Positions 28,779-38,990 of a DNA stretch of 64,000 nt are shown one piece after another; within the stretch, counting starts at the first letter, position 1, and each line of letters begins with the position of its first letter. Below the pieces are notes generated by a model. The model was not told where the DNA came from. It worked only from the letters and a program-made list of their open reading frames with translations, and did no database searches. The DNA is from Thermoanaerobaculia bacterium (lineage in GTDB: Bacteria; Acidobacteriota; Thermoanaerobaculia; Multivoradales; Multivoraceae). A program made the translations under genes and the position numbers. Location of the stretch: the NCBI GenBank assembly GCA_963664405.1, contig OY761158.1, positions 992,001-1,056,000 on the forward strand, given 5' to 3'.

Positions 28779-30458
28779 TCACTCGTCCGTCACGCAACCT
28801 TCCGACGCCGATTTCACATTTTTGATGTACTTGTACAAAGTACCGCGAGTTGCCTTCAAGGCCGGCGCCCGCCACTCCCGTTGACGCCGCTCCCATTCGT
28901 CGCCGTCGAGGCTCGCATCGATGGAGCCCGATTCTGCGTCGATCGTCACGGTGTCGCCATCGCACAACAGTGCTATCGGCCCCCCCAGCTGTGCTTCGGG
29001 AGTGATGTGCCCGATCAAGAATCCATGGGAGCCACCCGAGAACCGCCCGTCGGTGAGAAGGGCTACATCCTTTTCGAGACCCGCTCCGACGATGGCTGAC
29101 GTGGGAGTCAACATCTCCGGCATTCCCGGCCCCCCCTGCGGTCCTTCATAGCGGATGACGATGGCATCGCCCTTGGCGATACGGCCCTGCTCCAAAGCTC
29201 CGAGCATCTCTTCTTCCGAGTCGAAAACACGAGCAGGTCCGCTGAAGGAGAGACCCTCTTTGCCGGTGATCTTGGCCACCGCGCCGTCAGGAGCAAGACT
29301 GCCGCGAAGAATGCGGAGATGCCCAACCGGGCTCAGAGGATCACGGATCGGCCGAATAATCTCTTGGCCATCGCTCAAGCTCTCGACTTCTTGGAGATTC
29401 TCGGCCAAAGTCTTGCCGGTAACGGTAACGCAGTCTCCGCGCAGCAGACCCTCGTCGAGGAGAAGCTTGAGCACCGCCGGAGTGCCGCCGGCCTCATGGA
29501 GGTCCGCCATCACGAAGCGGCCGCTGGGCTTGAAGTCACCGAGTAGAGGCACTCGCCTACTCACGTTCTCGAAGTCGTCGATCGTGATGTCGACTCCTAC
29601 TGAGCGCCCCATCGCGATCAGATGAAGCACGGCGTTGGTAGAGCCGCCCATCGCCACCACGGTCACGATCGCGTTCTCGAAGGCGTCGCGAGTCATGATG
29701 TCTCGTGGCTTGAGATCCAGCTCCAATAGCCGCCGGATCGCTTCCCCGGCCTGGAGGCACTCCTCCACCTTCGCCGCCGAGATTGCAGGGGCCGAAGAGC
29801 TGAACGGCAAGCTCATCCCTAGTGCCTCGATCGCGCTCGCCATCGTATTCGCTGTATACATACCGCCGCAGGCGCCGGCACCGGGACAGGCGTCATGGAG
29901 AATCGCCTCGCGATCGTCAGCACTCAGCTTTCCGGCGATGAGCTCTCCGTAGCTCTGAAACGCCGAGATCACGTCGATCGGCTGACCCTGCCACAAACCG
30001 GGCTGTATGGTGCCGCCATAGATCATGATCGAGGGCCGGTTGAGCCGCCCCATCGCCATCACGCAGCCAGGCATATTTTTGTCGCAGCCCGGAAGCGAAA
30101 CATTGGCGTCGTACCACTGAGCCTCCATGACCGTCTCGATCGAATCGGCGATCAAATCACGGGACTGAAGGGAGTAGCTCATTCCCGAAGTGCCCATGGA
30201 GATCCCGTCGCTAACCCCGATGGTGTTGAAACGAAGGCCTACGAGCCCTGCGGCTTCGACCCCCTCCTTGACCTTGGCGGCAAGATCCAGAAGGTGCATG
30301 TTGCAGGTATTGCCCTCCCACCACATACTCGAGATGCCGACCTGCGGCTTGGTCATATCCTCTTGACGCAGGCCCGCCCCATAGAGCATGGCCTGGGAAG
30401 CACCCTGCGATTCGACTTCGGTGATGTGAGAGCTCCAGACGTTCAGTTTCTTCGCCAT
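28779..30458 (-). CDS. ilvD: dihydroxy-acid dehydratase
   Basis: [50 protein letters not shown]. Confidence 0.95.
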   Translation of the reverse strand: MAKKLNVWSSHITEVESQGASQAMLYGAGLRQEDMTKPQVGISSMWWEGNTCNMHLLDLAAKVKEGVEAAGLVGLRFNTIGVSDGISMGTSGMSYSLQSRDLIADSIETVMEAQWYDANVSLPGCDKNMPGCVMAMGRLNRPSIMIYGGTIQPGLWQGQPIDVISAFQSYGELIAGKLSADDREAILHDACPGAGACGGMYTANTMASAIEALGMSLPFSSSAPAISAAKVEECLQAGEAIRRLLELDLKPRDIMTRDAFENAIVTVVAMGGSTNAVLHLIAMGRSVGVDITIDDFENVSRRVPLLGDFKPSGRFVMADLHEAGGTPAVLKLLLDEGLLRGDCVTVTGKTLAENLQEVESLSDGQEIIRPIRDPLSPVGHLRILRGSLAPDGAVAKITGKEGLSFSGPARVFDSEEEMLGALEQGRIAKGDAIVIRYEGPQGGPGMPEMLTPTSAIVGAGLEKDVALLTDGRFSGGSHGFLIGHITPEAQLGGPIALLCDGDTVTIDAESGSIDASLDGDEWERRQREWRAPALKATRGTLYKYIKNVKSASEGCVTDE

Positions 30459-30493
30459 CTTGCCTTCTCCTCGCGGGGATTGTAGAACGGCAA

Positions 30494-31585
30494 GTGGTGA
30501 GAGCGCGAAGACCCTCGACAAGCTTCCTCGGTCGCCTCCGGCCGAGTGCTCTTGCTTTGATGGCAGCGCTTGTATTGTGGGGTGCCGGAGCCCTCGGCAC
30601 GCCGTCGCCAGCCCTCCTCGCCGCTGCCCTCTTCTGCGTCCTGGTACTCGTACCTACCGCGGCCTTCCGGTCTATACGATCGGGCATTCAGCCAGGCTCC
30701 TTGGCGACCTGGAGGCGTTTTGCTCCGGCCCTGCTCCTCTACTCGACGAGCTCCCTGTTCACTCTGCACTTTCTTTCCGACCTCTTCGTGCCGACGGCGG
30801 ACACGGTATTGCACTCGACGACGAGGACCCCGCCCAGCAGCACACAGAAGCTACGCATCCTCAGCCTCAACGTATGGCACGGCTATCCCGGCATGCATGA
30901 CCACGAGAGGCGTTACCAGCACATTCGCACCACCCTCGACGAGCTCGACCTCGACCTCATATTTGTGCAGGAAGCCTGGAGCACGCCCGCCTTCGGCCGC
31001 TTCGTCGAGCGCCTGGGCCGGGACCTGGATCTGTGGGCGGCCTACGCCCGGGCGAATGGCTCACTGCGCTTCCTCGGCTTCGAAGAGGGCCTCGGCATTC
31101 TCAGCCGCCATCGTCTCGAGGAGGTCGAGAAGATGAACCTGGCGCCACGATGGCCACCTTGGGAAATGCGCGCCGCTCTCGAAGCGGTCACCGTCCTGCC
31201 GGAAGGCGATCGACTACGACTCGCAAACACTCACCTCTCCGGGCGCAGTCCTTCAGCCAGAGTCGGCCAGGCGTCGGCACTGGCAGCGGCTCTGATCGAG
31301 TCCAACACCAGCCTTGTGGCCGGCGATCTCAATGCTGGGGCCCGAGCTCCGACCCTTCGCACCCTAGAGGCGGTCCCGATGCAGCCTCTAATCTCCGAGC
31401 GCATCGATCACATCTTGGCTTCGCCGGCTCTTCTCGAAGGTTGGGAAATCCGCTCCACTCGAGCGCTTCACCTGGGTCAAGGCGCGCTGGAAGAAAAGAT
31501 CTCTGATCACCCGGCTTTGCTGGTCGAGATCAAACGCAGATCGGCGGCGGAGGAGGTACTCGAGGTCGGCTCGGGCGGTATCTGA
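30494..31585 (+). CDS. membrane-anchored endonuclease/exonuclease/phosphatase family protein
   Basis: LSLNV, VQEA, NTHL, GDLN, IDHI, SDH. Confidence 0.85.
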   Translation: MVRARRPSTSFLGRLRPSALALMAALVLWGAGALGTPSPALLAAALFCVLVLVPTAAFRSIRSGIQPGSLATWRRFAPALLLYSTSSLFTLHFLSDLFVPTADTVLHSTTRTPPSSTQKLRILSLNVWHGYPGMHDHERRYQHIRTTLDELDLDLIFVQEAWSTPAFGRFVERLGRDLDLWAAYARANGSLRFLGFEEGLGILSRHRLEEVEKMNLAPRWPPWEMRAALEAVTVLPEGDRLRLANTHLSGRSPSARVGQASALAAALIESNTSLVAGDLNAGARAPTLRTLEAVPMQPLISERIDHILASPALLEGWEIRSTRALHLGQGALEEKISDHPALLVEIKRRSAAEEVLEVGSGGI

Positions 31586-31671
31586 TAGCCTGCTGTACAA
31601 CGGTGGACTCAGACAGGCTGTGTAGGGCGTTAGGCGATGTTCGTGTAACCCCCTCAGCAAGGAGAAAGCGC

Positions 31672-32022
31672 ATGAGCAAGAAAGTATTCAGCGTCGCACT
31701 CGTTCTCACCCTCATCTCCGGTCTCTCCGGGATCGTCTTCGCTCTTGATCAGTGGAGCGGTGAGGGAGAAGTCGTCGAGATGGGCTGTTATGAGAAGAGG
31801 GAAGCGACCGGAGCGGGCCACGCAGCCTGCGCCAAGAAGTGCCTCAGCGGCGGTGCCGAGATGGGCCTCCTCCTTGAGGATGGCAGCATCGTCAAGCTGG
31901 TAGCTGGAGAGAACGAAGCGGCCTACAAGAGCCTCATCGATCTCGCCGGAATGCAGGCGAAGGTGAGCGGTAGTGAGGCCGACGGCACCGTCACCGTGAT
32001 GAAGTCCGGAGCCGCGAGCTAG
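31672..32022 (+). CDS. small secreted Cys/His protein
   Basis: AGGAG RBS, signal peptide, CY...HAACAKKC. Confidence 0.7.
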   Translation: MSKKVFSVALVLTLISGLSGIVFALDQWSGEGEVVEMGCYEKREATGAGHAACAKKCLSGGAEMGLLLEDGSIVKLVAGENEAAYKSLIDLAGMQAKVSGSEADGTVTVMKSGAAS

Positions 32023-32049
32023 GCAAGCTGCCCGATTGTTCGGATCAAA

Positions 32050-32075
32050 GCCCGGCCGCTTTCGAGTGGCCGGGC
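32050..32075. terminator. GC-rich hairpin, probable terminator
   Basis: GCCCGGCCGCT-TTCG-AGTGGCCGGGC just after the stop; weak U-tract. Confidence 0.5.
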
Positions 32076-32137
32076 ACCTTGTCTCACGGTAGCGTCTTCA
32101 GGGCTCTGAAATCGAGTCCGCTTCATACACTCGCCCG

Positions 32138-33472
32138 GTGAACCGCGGTTGGCCCCTCCTCCTGCTGCTGATCGCCGCAGCAGCTTGTCAGGACGCGCCT
32201 CAACCGCGCCCCAACGTAATCCTGGTCTCGCTGGACGCACTTCGAGCAGATCATCTCGGAGCCTGGGGGCACACTCCTGCCACGTCCCCCTTTCTCGACG
32301 GGCTCGCCGCGCGGGGTGTGCGCTACTCGAACGCCTTCGTAAACACCCACGGCACCACACCTTCCCATACCACCCTGCTCTCGGGTCTTTACCAGGAGAC
32401 CCATCGCGTCAGTCATTGGCCAACCGAGGAGGCCGCGCCGCCCGCCGCCCTTGGCGCCGACATCCTGCTCCTGCCCGAGCTCTTACAAAAGGCCGGCTAC
32501 ACAACCCTGGCGGTGACGGGTGGAGGGAACGTCGCCGGAAGGTTGGGCTTCTCGAGAGGTTTCGACGTCTACCTCGACCGAGCTCGAAGCGTCCGACAAG
32601 TCGCCGCGCAGACTCTACGTCTGCTCGACGAGCGCGCCGAAGAGGAGGAACGACCGATCTTCCTTTTTCTCCACACCTACGAGATCCACTCCCCCTACAA
32701 AGCACCCAAGCGCTATATCGACATGCTGGTCGATGCGAAGAGCGATCTTTCGACCACCAGCAGCAGTCTGCTTCGCCACTCCCACTCGGCCCGGAGCAGC
32801 CTTTCTCCCGAGGATCTGCGCTTCCTGCGCCAGATGTACGACGCCGAGATTCGCTTCACCGACGAAACTCTCCGCGAGCTGTGGGCTGGCCTTGACGAAA
32901 GGGGCTTTCTGGACCGAGCGTTGGTCGTGATCACCTCCGATCACGGCGAAGAGTTCGGCGACCACGGCGGCCTCCTCCACCGCGACCTTCTCTATGACGA
33001 GCTACTCCACGTCCCTCTTCTCGCCTACGGCCCCCAGATCCCTGAAAGAGCCGTAGAGTCCGCCCTCGTCAGCACAGTAGACATCGCCCCGTCGATCCTC
33101 GACTGGCTCGGCCTCGAAGTACCCGCCTCGATGGAAGGCCGTAGCCTGCGTCATGCAGCCGCCGACAGCGAGCGCGACACGGTCTTCTCTCAATACTCCT
33201 CTTTGCGCTACTCCATCCGCACCCCACGCTGGAAACTGATCGAGACCTTGCGCCCGCCCGCGATCGAGCTCTACGACCTCCAAGCCGACCCTGACGAAAC
33301 CCTCAACCTGGCGACATCCAACGCAGAGACCACCCACCGCCTCCAGGCCCGCCTACATCGCTGGAAGGCCGAGCGAGAGCCACTCAGAGTAGAGACCTCG
33401 CCTCCGCCCGCGCTCGACGAAGAGGAGGAGAAACGCCTACGAGCTCTCGGCTACCTAGGCGGCGAAAATTAG
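32138..33472 (+). CDS. sulfatase-like hydrolase lipoprotein
   Basis: AAAC lipobox-like motif; PNVILVSLDALRADHL, TTPSHTTLLSG, HSPY, SDHGEEF, LRALGYL. Confidence 0.85.
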   Translation: MNRGWPLLLLLIAAAACQDAPQPRPNVILVSLDALRADHLGAWGHTPATSPFLDGLAARGVRYSNAFVNTHGTTPSHTTLLSGLYQETHRVSHWPTEEAAPPAALGADILLLPELLQKAGYTTLAVTGGGNVAGRLGFSRGFDVYLDRARSVRQVAAQTLRLLDERAEEEERPIFLFLHTYEIHSPYKAPKRYIDMLVDAKSDLSTTSSSLLRHSHSARSSLSPEDLRFLRQMYDAEIRFTDETLRELWAGLDERGFLDRALVVITSDHGEEFGDHGGLLHRDLLYDELLHVPLLAYGPQIPERAVESALVSTVDIAPSILDWLGLEVPASMEGRSLRHAAADSERDTVFSQYSSLRYSIRTPRWKLIETLRPPAIELYDLQADPDETLNLATSNAETTHRLQARLHRWKAEREPLRVETSPPPALDEEEEKRLRALGYLGGEN

Positions 33473-33548
33473 CCGCGAGATCACGGACAGTGTGCAGGCT
33501 CAACCGCGCCGGCGACCCTGGGGAGCGCTCTGTTCCGCTGACAGCCGG

Positions 33549-33691
33549 AGGCTGGGCGTCGAGCGTGCGTCATATCGCCGGAGCGCAGGAACGACGAGCC
33601 GAAGGCGTACTCCGCGTACGCCTAGCCGGCCGCGTCGTAGGCGAGGAGTGACGAGCATTCGGTGAAATGGCGTGCGATCGGCGTCCAGCCT
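33549..33691. repeat. 143-bp imperfect hairpin between convergent genes
   Basis: AGGCTGGGCGTCGAGCGTGCGTCAT pairs with ATGGCGTGCGATCGGCGTCCAGCCT with many G-T wobbles; inner AGGCGTAC/GTACGCCT. Confidence 0.6.
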
Positions 33692-34745
33692 AATGGGAGC
33701 GGGTGTGGTGCTCGCGCAGCAAATCGCGACCGAAGTCGCCGTTGTAATCGCGCCACACCGTATGGCTGTGGTTGGCTCCGTTCTGTACGTTGTCGTACTC
33801 GATCAAGAAGGTCGGCGCCTGGACCCGGTAGTAGTGAGGGGTACCCGGCCCCTTTTCGACGCCGCCGATCCAGGCGAAGTGCAGGCTGTCGAAATCGGCG
33901 CCCTCGAGCTGAGCACGACGCTTTTCCGCCAGATCTTCGGGCATGTTCTGGATGTATTCCTCGATCAGGGCGCGTAGAGCCTTCTTCTGATCCGCACTCA
34001 TCCCTTTTGCGGCCAAGCCACGGGCCGGCGCCTCGAACTCGACCTCTCGCTTGGCGGAAGTGAAGATGTCAGCGGGAGGCTTCTCCTGCAAAATCGCCCT
34101 TGCCTTCTGATCACCCTCGAGAAGGAGAAGGAGGTCACGAGCCTGATCCTCTTCGTGGGCGAGGGCCCGGAGGCCCTTTCTTGGCCCTGCGAGCACTTGA
34201 TGGGGGTTGGCGCCCAGAAAGGTCGGCGTCGAGGAGACCTGGCCATCGACGAAGGTGAAGTTGAGAGACACATGGTGCCCCTCCAGGCTCCAGCCCCAGG
34301 TCCCCTCATCGGAAGGCTCACCAAAGACAGTCATGTAGTAGAGCAACGGATTGCGCAGGTGGAGAAAGCGTCCCGGCGGGTCGGTCTTGCTCTCCAGATC
34401 ACGCAGCACTTCTTCCAGACTCATGATGGTCAGCACCTTGCCGTAGCCGGTGCGGCTCAGAGAAGTGCTCAGCAGAAGGTGCACGAGGTGCATCTGGTCG
34501 GAGCGCATCGCCTTCAAGGGAAGCCCCTTGCGATCCTGCTTGGGAATGAAGTGCCAGTCATCACGCTCTTGCGCATCAAAAGCGAAGACCGCCTGCTCTC
34601 GTTGCTCGCCATCCAGATTGATGAGGAAGTTCTTCGCCGCATCCGCCATTAGAGCCGCGCTCGCGTCTTCAGCCCTGATCGAGCTTCCCGAGCCCAGAGA
34701 CAGACCGGCAACCGCAAGAGCCACCCACGAAGATCCTCTACTCAT
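33690..34745 (-). CDS. secreted DUF3500-like protein
   Basis: Signal peptide; WHFIP, WGWSLEGHHVSLN, YYRVQAP..IEYDN, NHSHTVWRD...DFG. Confidence 0.8.
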   Translation of the reverse strand: MSRGSSWVALAVAGLSLGSGSSIRAEDASAALMADAAKNFLINLDGEQREQAVFAFDAQERDDWHFIPKQDRKGLPLKAMRSDQMHLVHLLLSTSLSRTGYGKVLTIMSLEEVLRDLESKTDPPGRFLHLRNPLLYYMTVFGEPSDEGTWGWSLEGHHVSLNFTFVDGQVSSTPTFLGANPHQVLAGPRKGLRALAHEEDQARDLLLLLEGDQKARAILQEKPPADIFTSAKREVEFEAPARGLAAKGMSADQKKALRALIEEYIQNMPEDLAEKRRAQLEGADFDSLHFAWIGGVEKGPGTPHYYRVQAPTFLIEYDNVQNGANHSHTVWRDYNGDFGRDLLREHHTRSH

Positions 34746-34887
34746 GATCGAACTCTCCCAAGAGACGGTGATTGGTTGATGACAAAGAGGATACTACCCC
34801 GCCCTTCCTTTCAACCAGGTTCAGCGTTGAGCGGACCTGCCTGATATCTTGAGGCCGCCTCGACTCTTCTACTCGTTCTGAGCCATT

Positions 34888-35994
34888 ATGCGCGTCGCAC
34901 TGGTCCACGACTGGCTTACTGGCATGCGAGGCGGCGAGAAAGTACTCGAGGAGCTCTGCCGACTCTTCCCCGGTGCTCCGATCCACACCCTCTTCCATTT
35001 CCCTGGCACGGTCTCCGAGCTCATCGAGAGTCACCCGATCCGCACAAGCTTCCTGCAGGGCGCACCGAGGCTAAAAGAGGCATACCGATCCTACCTGCCC
35101 CTCTTCCCGGCCGCGATCCAGGACTTCGACCTTGGGGACTTCGACCTGGTCATAAGCTCGAGTCACTGTGTCGCCAAGGCCTGCAATGCGAGACTCGGCG
35201 CGCAGCACGTCTGCTATTGCCACACACCGATGCGCTACGCATGGGACCAGCGAAGCGCCTATTTCCCCGATCACAGCGGCATCATCGCCCGCGCACGTCA
35301 CCGCGTACTCGACTGGCTCCAGATCTGGGACGCTCGAACCAGCCCACGCGTCGACCTCTTCATCGCCAACTCTCGCTTCGTCCGTGATCGCATTCGCCGC
35401 TACTACGATCGCGACGCCGAGGTCGTTGCGCCGCCTGTCGACGTCGACTTCTTCACCCCTGGAGTGACACCGTCAGGCGCCCCTTTCGCCCTTACCTTCG
35501 CCGCTCTCGCCCCTTACAAGAAGCTCGATCAGGCCATCGAGGCCTGCCGGCGCCTCGACCTCGAGCTGCGTGTGGTCGGCGGCGCGACGCAGGACGACCC
35601 CGGTGGGTCCGAACCGTCTTCGGGAGTTCGCCGGCTGGGCCGCGTTTCGGACAGCGAGCTGAGAGATTTGTACCGTCAGGCAACCTGCTTCGTACAACCA
35701 GGTGTCGAGGACTTTGGTATCACGACCGTCGAAGCGCTTGCCTGCGGCTGCCCTGTTGTCGCCGTTGCCGAGGGCGGCGTCCTCGACATCGTAGAACCAG
35801 GAGAGCACGGAATCCTCTACAGCGTCGATAGAGGGGTCGACGGTCTGGTCGCCGCCGTTGACAAAATTCCGAGAATGAATTTCAATAAATTGAACCTAAG
35901 CGAGCGAGCTCAGCAATTTTCACCCGCCAGGTTCCGCCAGCGGGTGCAAGCACTACTCCATCGCCTCGACGACTCGAGGGAGCCGGGGTCTTGA
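34888..35994 (+). CDS. GT4 glycosyltransferase
   Basis: MRVALVHDWLTGMRGGEKV, YCHTPMRY, EDFGI..VEALACG. Confidence 0.92.
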   Translation: MRVALVHDWLTGMRGGEKVLEELCRLFPGAPIHTLFHFPGTVSELIESHPIRTSFLQGAPRLKEAYRSYLPLFPAAIQDFDLGDFDLVISSSHCVAKACNARLGAQHVCYCHTPMRYAWDQRSAYFPDHSGIIARARHRVLDWLQIWDARTSPRVDLFIANSRFVRDRIRRYYDRDAEVVAPPVDVDFFTPGVTPSGAPFALTFAALAPYKKLDQAIEACRRLDLELRVVGGATQDDPGGSEPSSGVRRLGRVSDSELRDLYRQATCFVQPGVEDFGITTVEALACGCPVVAVAEGGVLDIVEPGEHGILYSVDRGVDGLVAAVDKIPRMNFNKLNLSERAQQFSPARFRQRVQALLHRLDDSREPGS

Positions 35995-37418
35995 TCAACG
36001 CGAGAAATCAGGCAACCGGGCTGCTTTACCTTGCAAGCGACGTCGTCGCTATTGGGGCGGCTTTCTTTGCCGCCTGGTACCTACGCTTTCACACCGATCT
36101 CATCCCTTTCGTCGGCAACGACCCGACTCCCGACTTCGACTACTACCTTCGCCTCCTGCCCTTCACCTTGGTCGCCTGGCCGGCGGCCTTCTACTTCAGG
36201 GGGCTCTACCAGCCTCGCCGGGCTAGGAGCCGGGTCGAAGACGCCATTTCTATTCTAGTGGCGACCGCCCTCGCCACCTTCCTACTGATCGCATTCACCT
36301 CTTTGTACCGCCCCGCCCTGCGTCACGACCCCTCGGTTGAGTTCACCATCAGCCGGGGCTTCCTTGCCGCGCTCTCGTTCCTCAGTTACCTCGGAACGGC
36401 AGCCGGACGGCTGATGCTTCGCGAAACGCTGCGAGCGATGCGACGACGCGGCCATAACGTGCTGCGAATTCTGGTCGTCGGTAGCGGTCGACTGGGGCGA
36501 GAGGTGACCGAAAAGATCCTCGCCCACCGCGAGCTCGGCTTCCAAGTCATCGGCTTTCTCGATGACAAAGGAAAGGGCGGCGAGGTTCTGGGGCGTCCAA
36601 TCCTGGGCACCCTTGCCGACCTCAGCCACGTTCTCCAGGAGCACTCCGTGGACCAGGTCATGGTAGCCCTCCCCCTAGAGGCGCATCGCAAGACCATGAG
36701 GATCCTCGAACAGATCGGCAAGGAGTGCGTGGACGTTCGCCTGGTCCCCGACGTTCTGCAGTACACGGCGCTCAAGGCAACGCTAGAAGACCTCGACGGC
36801 ACCCCGCTCATCAACTTGTCGCGCACCCCTTTGGAGGGTTGGTCGACTCTGGCAAAGAGATCGATGGACATCGTCCTCTCCACCTTGCTCCTCATAGCTC
36901 TCGTTCCGGCCTTCCTTTTCATCACTTTCTGTATCTGGCTCGAGGACAGGGGCCGCCCCTTTTATCATCAGGAGCGAATGGGCCTCGACGGTCGCTCGTT
37001 CAAGATGGTGAAGTTCCGCTCTATGAGGCACGACGCCGAGTCCACCAGCGGGCCGATCTGGGCGATCCGCAACGATCCTCGCAGGACTCGAGTTGGCAGT
37101 TTCCTCCGCCGGACCTCAGTCGACGAGCTCCCACAGCTGTGGAACGTATTGAAAGGCGAGATGTCCCTGGTCGGGCCCCGCCCCGAACGCCCAGCCTTCG
37201 TGCACCAGTTCAAGCACAAAGTGCCCCAGTACATGCTGAGACATCGGGTCAAAGCAGGGATCACCGGCTGGGCCCAGGTCCACGGCTGGCGCGGCAACAC
37301 CTCCATCCGCAAGCGTATCAAGTACGACATCTACTACATCGAAAACTGGTCGATGCGCCTTGATCTGAAGATCCTGTGGATGACGCTGAGGCACGGGGTG
37401 CGGCATAACGCGTATTAG
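35991..37418 (+). CDS. wcaJ: undecaprenyl-phosphate glucose phosphotransferase (WcaJ-like)
   Basis: TM helices; KFRSM, DELPQL, MSLVGPRPE, GITGWAQV, DIYYIENWS. Confidence 0.85.
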   Translation: MINARNQATGLLYLASDVVAIGAAFFAAWYLRFHTDLIPFVGNDPTPDFDYYLRLLPFTLVAWPAAFYFRGLYQPRRARSRVEDAISILVATALATFLLIAFTSLYRPALRHDPSVEFTISRGFLAALSFLSYLGTAAGRLMLRETLRAMRRRGHNVLRILVVGSGRLGREVTEKILAHRELGFQVIGFLDDKGKGGEVLGRPILGTLADLSHVLQEHSVDQVMVALPLEAHRKTMRILEQIGKECVDVRLVPDVLQYTALKATLEDLDGTPLINLSRTPLEGWSTLAKRSMDIVLSTLLLIALVPAFLFITFCIWLEDRGRPFYHQERMGLDGRSFKMVKFRSMRHDAESTSGPIWAIRNDPRRTRVGSFLRRTSVDELPQLWNVLKGEMSLVGPRPERPAFVHQFKHKVPQYMLRHRVKAGITGWAQVHGWRGNTSIRKRIKYDIYYIENWSMRLDLKILWMTLRHGVRHNAY

Positions 37419-37481
37419 ATTTGAGAATGGTAGGACTACCATTCCCAAATCTAATTTGCCCTCTTGCGCCGAGGACGGCGC
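37415..37481. repeat. bipartite intergenic repeat, copy 3
   Basis: TTAGATTTGAGAATGGTAG-GA-CTACCATTCCCAAATCTAA (1 mismatch), then GCGCCGAGGACGGCGC at 37466-37481. Confidence 0.7.
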
Positions 37482-37521
37482 GCGTCGCCCATCGGAGGAC
37501 CGACGGGCTCCCTGCTTCGGA

Positions 37522-37597
37522 GAAGTAAGCACTAAGCAGTCGAGAGTGGGTCTGGTCTGTTTACTGTTCACTGGTTACTGTTTACTCTCTACTTATT
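37522..37597. repeat. inverted heptamer array (CAGTAAG-like / CTTACTG-like)
   Basis: GAAGTAAGCACTAAGCAGT ... CTGTTTACTGTTCACTGGTTACTGTTTACT. Confidence 0.7.
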
Positions 37598-37601
37598 CGC
37601 A

Positions 37602-38759
37602 ATGGCCCACCTCGACCCCTCTACCTTGCTCGACCGGGCTCGCGACCTCGCCGACGGAGTCCTGAGCCAGCGCGCTCCGATCTACGACGCTGAGGCGCGC
37701 TTTCCGACCGAGAACTTCGCAGATCTGCACGCGGCCGGGCTGTTGGCTCTGCCGGTGCCGAGCGAGCACGGTGGCGCCGACGCCGACTGGTGGACTTCAC
37801 TCAGCGTGCTGCGCGAGATCGCCAGAGGATGCGGTTCGACCGCCAATGCCTTCAATATGCACACGGTCGTGCTCCGCTTTCTTCGAATGCTCTCGAGTCC
37901 CGAGCTTCAGGCCGAGATCTTCGACGCCGTGGTCAACGAGGGCGCTCTCGTCGCCACTCTCACCAACGAGCCGCAGATGAGTCTGCGCAGCAAGTTCGAT
38001 ATCGCCACCCAGGTCGAAGAAGCCGGTGACCGACTTGTCATCACCGGTAAGAAACACTTCTGCTCTTTATCAACGGCCGCGCGCTGGTACCACGTGATGG
38101 CGTCCGACCCCACCCGAACCGGCGTCGAGCGCCTTCGGACCGTTCTCGTCCCCAGCGACCTGCCAGGGATCACGGTCCATGACGACTGGAACGTCATGGC
38201 GATGCGCGCCACCGCATCGAACTCGATCACCTTCGACGGCGTTCAGGTGCCGGGGCACTACGAGACAGCGCCTCCAGGCGGGCTCCAGACCGTGCGACTG
38301 CAGCAGTACTTCACCCCAGGCTACGCCGCGATCTATCTGGGTGTCGCCGACGCTGCCTACCGCTACACCGTTGACTACGTGAAAACGACCCGCTTCACCG
38401 GCGACGAGAGGCCGATCTCCCACCGACCGGCGGCGCAGCGTGCCGTGGCCGAGATGGCAACATCCATCGCGGCTTCCGAAGCCCTCCTCGAAAGAGCGGC
38501 AAAGACGGCTGAGCGAGAGAACGCGATCGACTGCGCCCAGGCCTTTCAGCAGGCGAAGTACGTGTCCTGCAATACCGCCAGAGAGGTAGCGACTCTCGCC
38601 CTCGAAGTGTGTGGCGCCCGTGCACTCTCGAAGCGCTACCCACTCGAGCGTTACATCCGCGACGCCCAGGCCGGGCACCTGATGCAGCCGACTGCCGATG
38701 TGTGCCGGTCCCAGATAGGGCGGAGGGAGCTCGGACTCGACCCTTATGGAGAGAAGTGA
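37602..38759 (+). CDS. acyl-CoA dehydrogenase-family flavoprotein
   Basis: FPTENF, GSTANAFNMH, GKKHFCS, DDWNVMAMRATAS, LERYIRD. Confidence 0.88.
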   Translation: MAHLDPSTLLDRARDLADGVLSQRAPIYDAEARFPTENFADLHAAGLLALPVPSEHGGADADWWTSLSVLREIARGCGSTANAFNMHTVVLRFLRMLSSPELQAEIFDAVVNEGALVATLTNEPQMSLRSKFDIATQVEEAGDRLVITGKKHFCSLSTAARWYHVMASDPTRTGVERLRTVLVPSDLPGITVHDDWNVMAMRATASNSITFDGVQVPGHYETAPPGGLQTVRLQQYFTPGYAAIYLGVADAAYRYTVDYVKTTRFTGDERPISHRPAAQRAVAEMATSIAASEALLERAAKTAERENAIDCAQAFQQAKYVSCNTAREVATLALEVCGARALSKRYPLERYIRDAQAGHLMQPTADVCRSQIGRRELGLDPYGEK

Positions 38760-38990
38760 GAGTGAGAGAAGAAGTAAGAAGTAAGCAGTAAGCAGTAAGC
38801 AGTAAAGCAGTAAAGAAGTAGAGAAGTAGAGAAGTAGAGAAGGTAGAACGTAAGTGAGCGAGGGGATTCAGCCGAAGGGTCCGGGCGGTGAGACGGTGAC
38901 TTTGAATCGTCGGGAGGGTAGAAGTGACCTCGTCTAGCCACCTCTCTTCCGGGTCTGTTTACTGCTTACTGCTTACTGCTTACTTCTCTC
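38753..38990. repeat. inverted heptamer/octamer array
   Basis: AAGTAAG/CAGTAAG/CAGTAAAG/AAGTAGAG units (38753-38856) facing TTACTGC units (38954-38990). Confidence 0.85.

Noticed and set aside
38753-38990. Tandem repeats as a CRISPR array
   Set aside because: Units are 7-8 nt and contiguous, with no unique spacers and no cas genes in the window.
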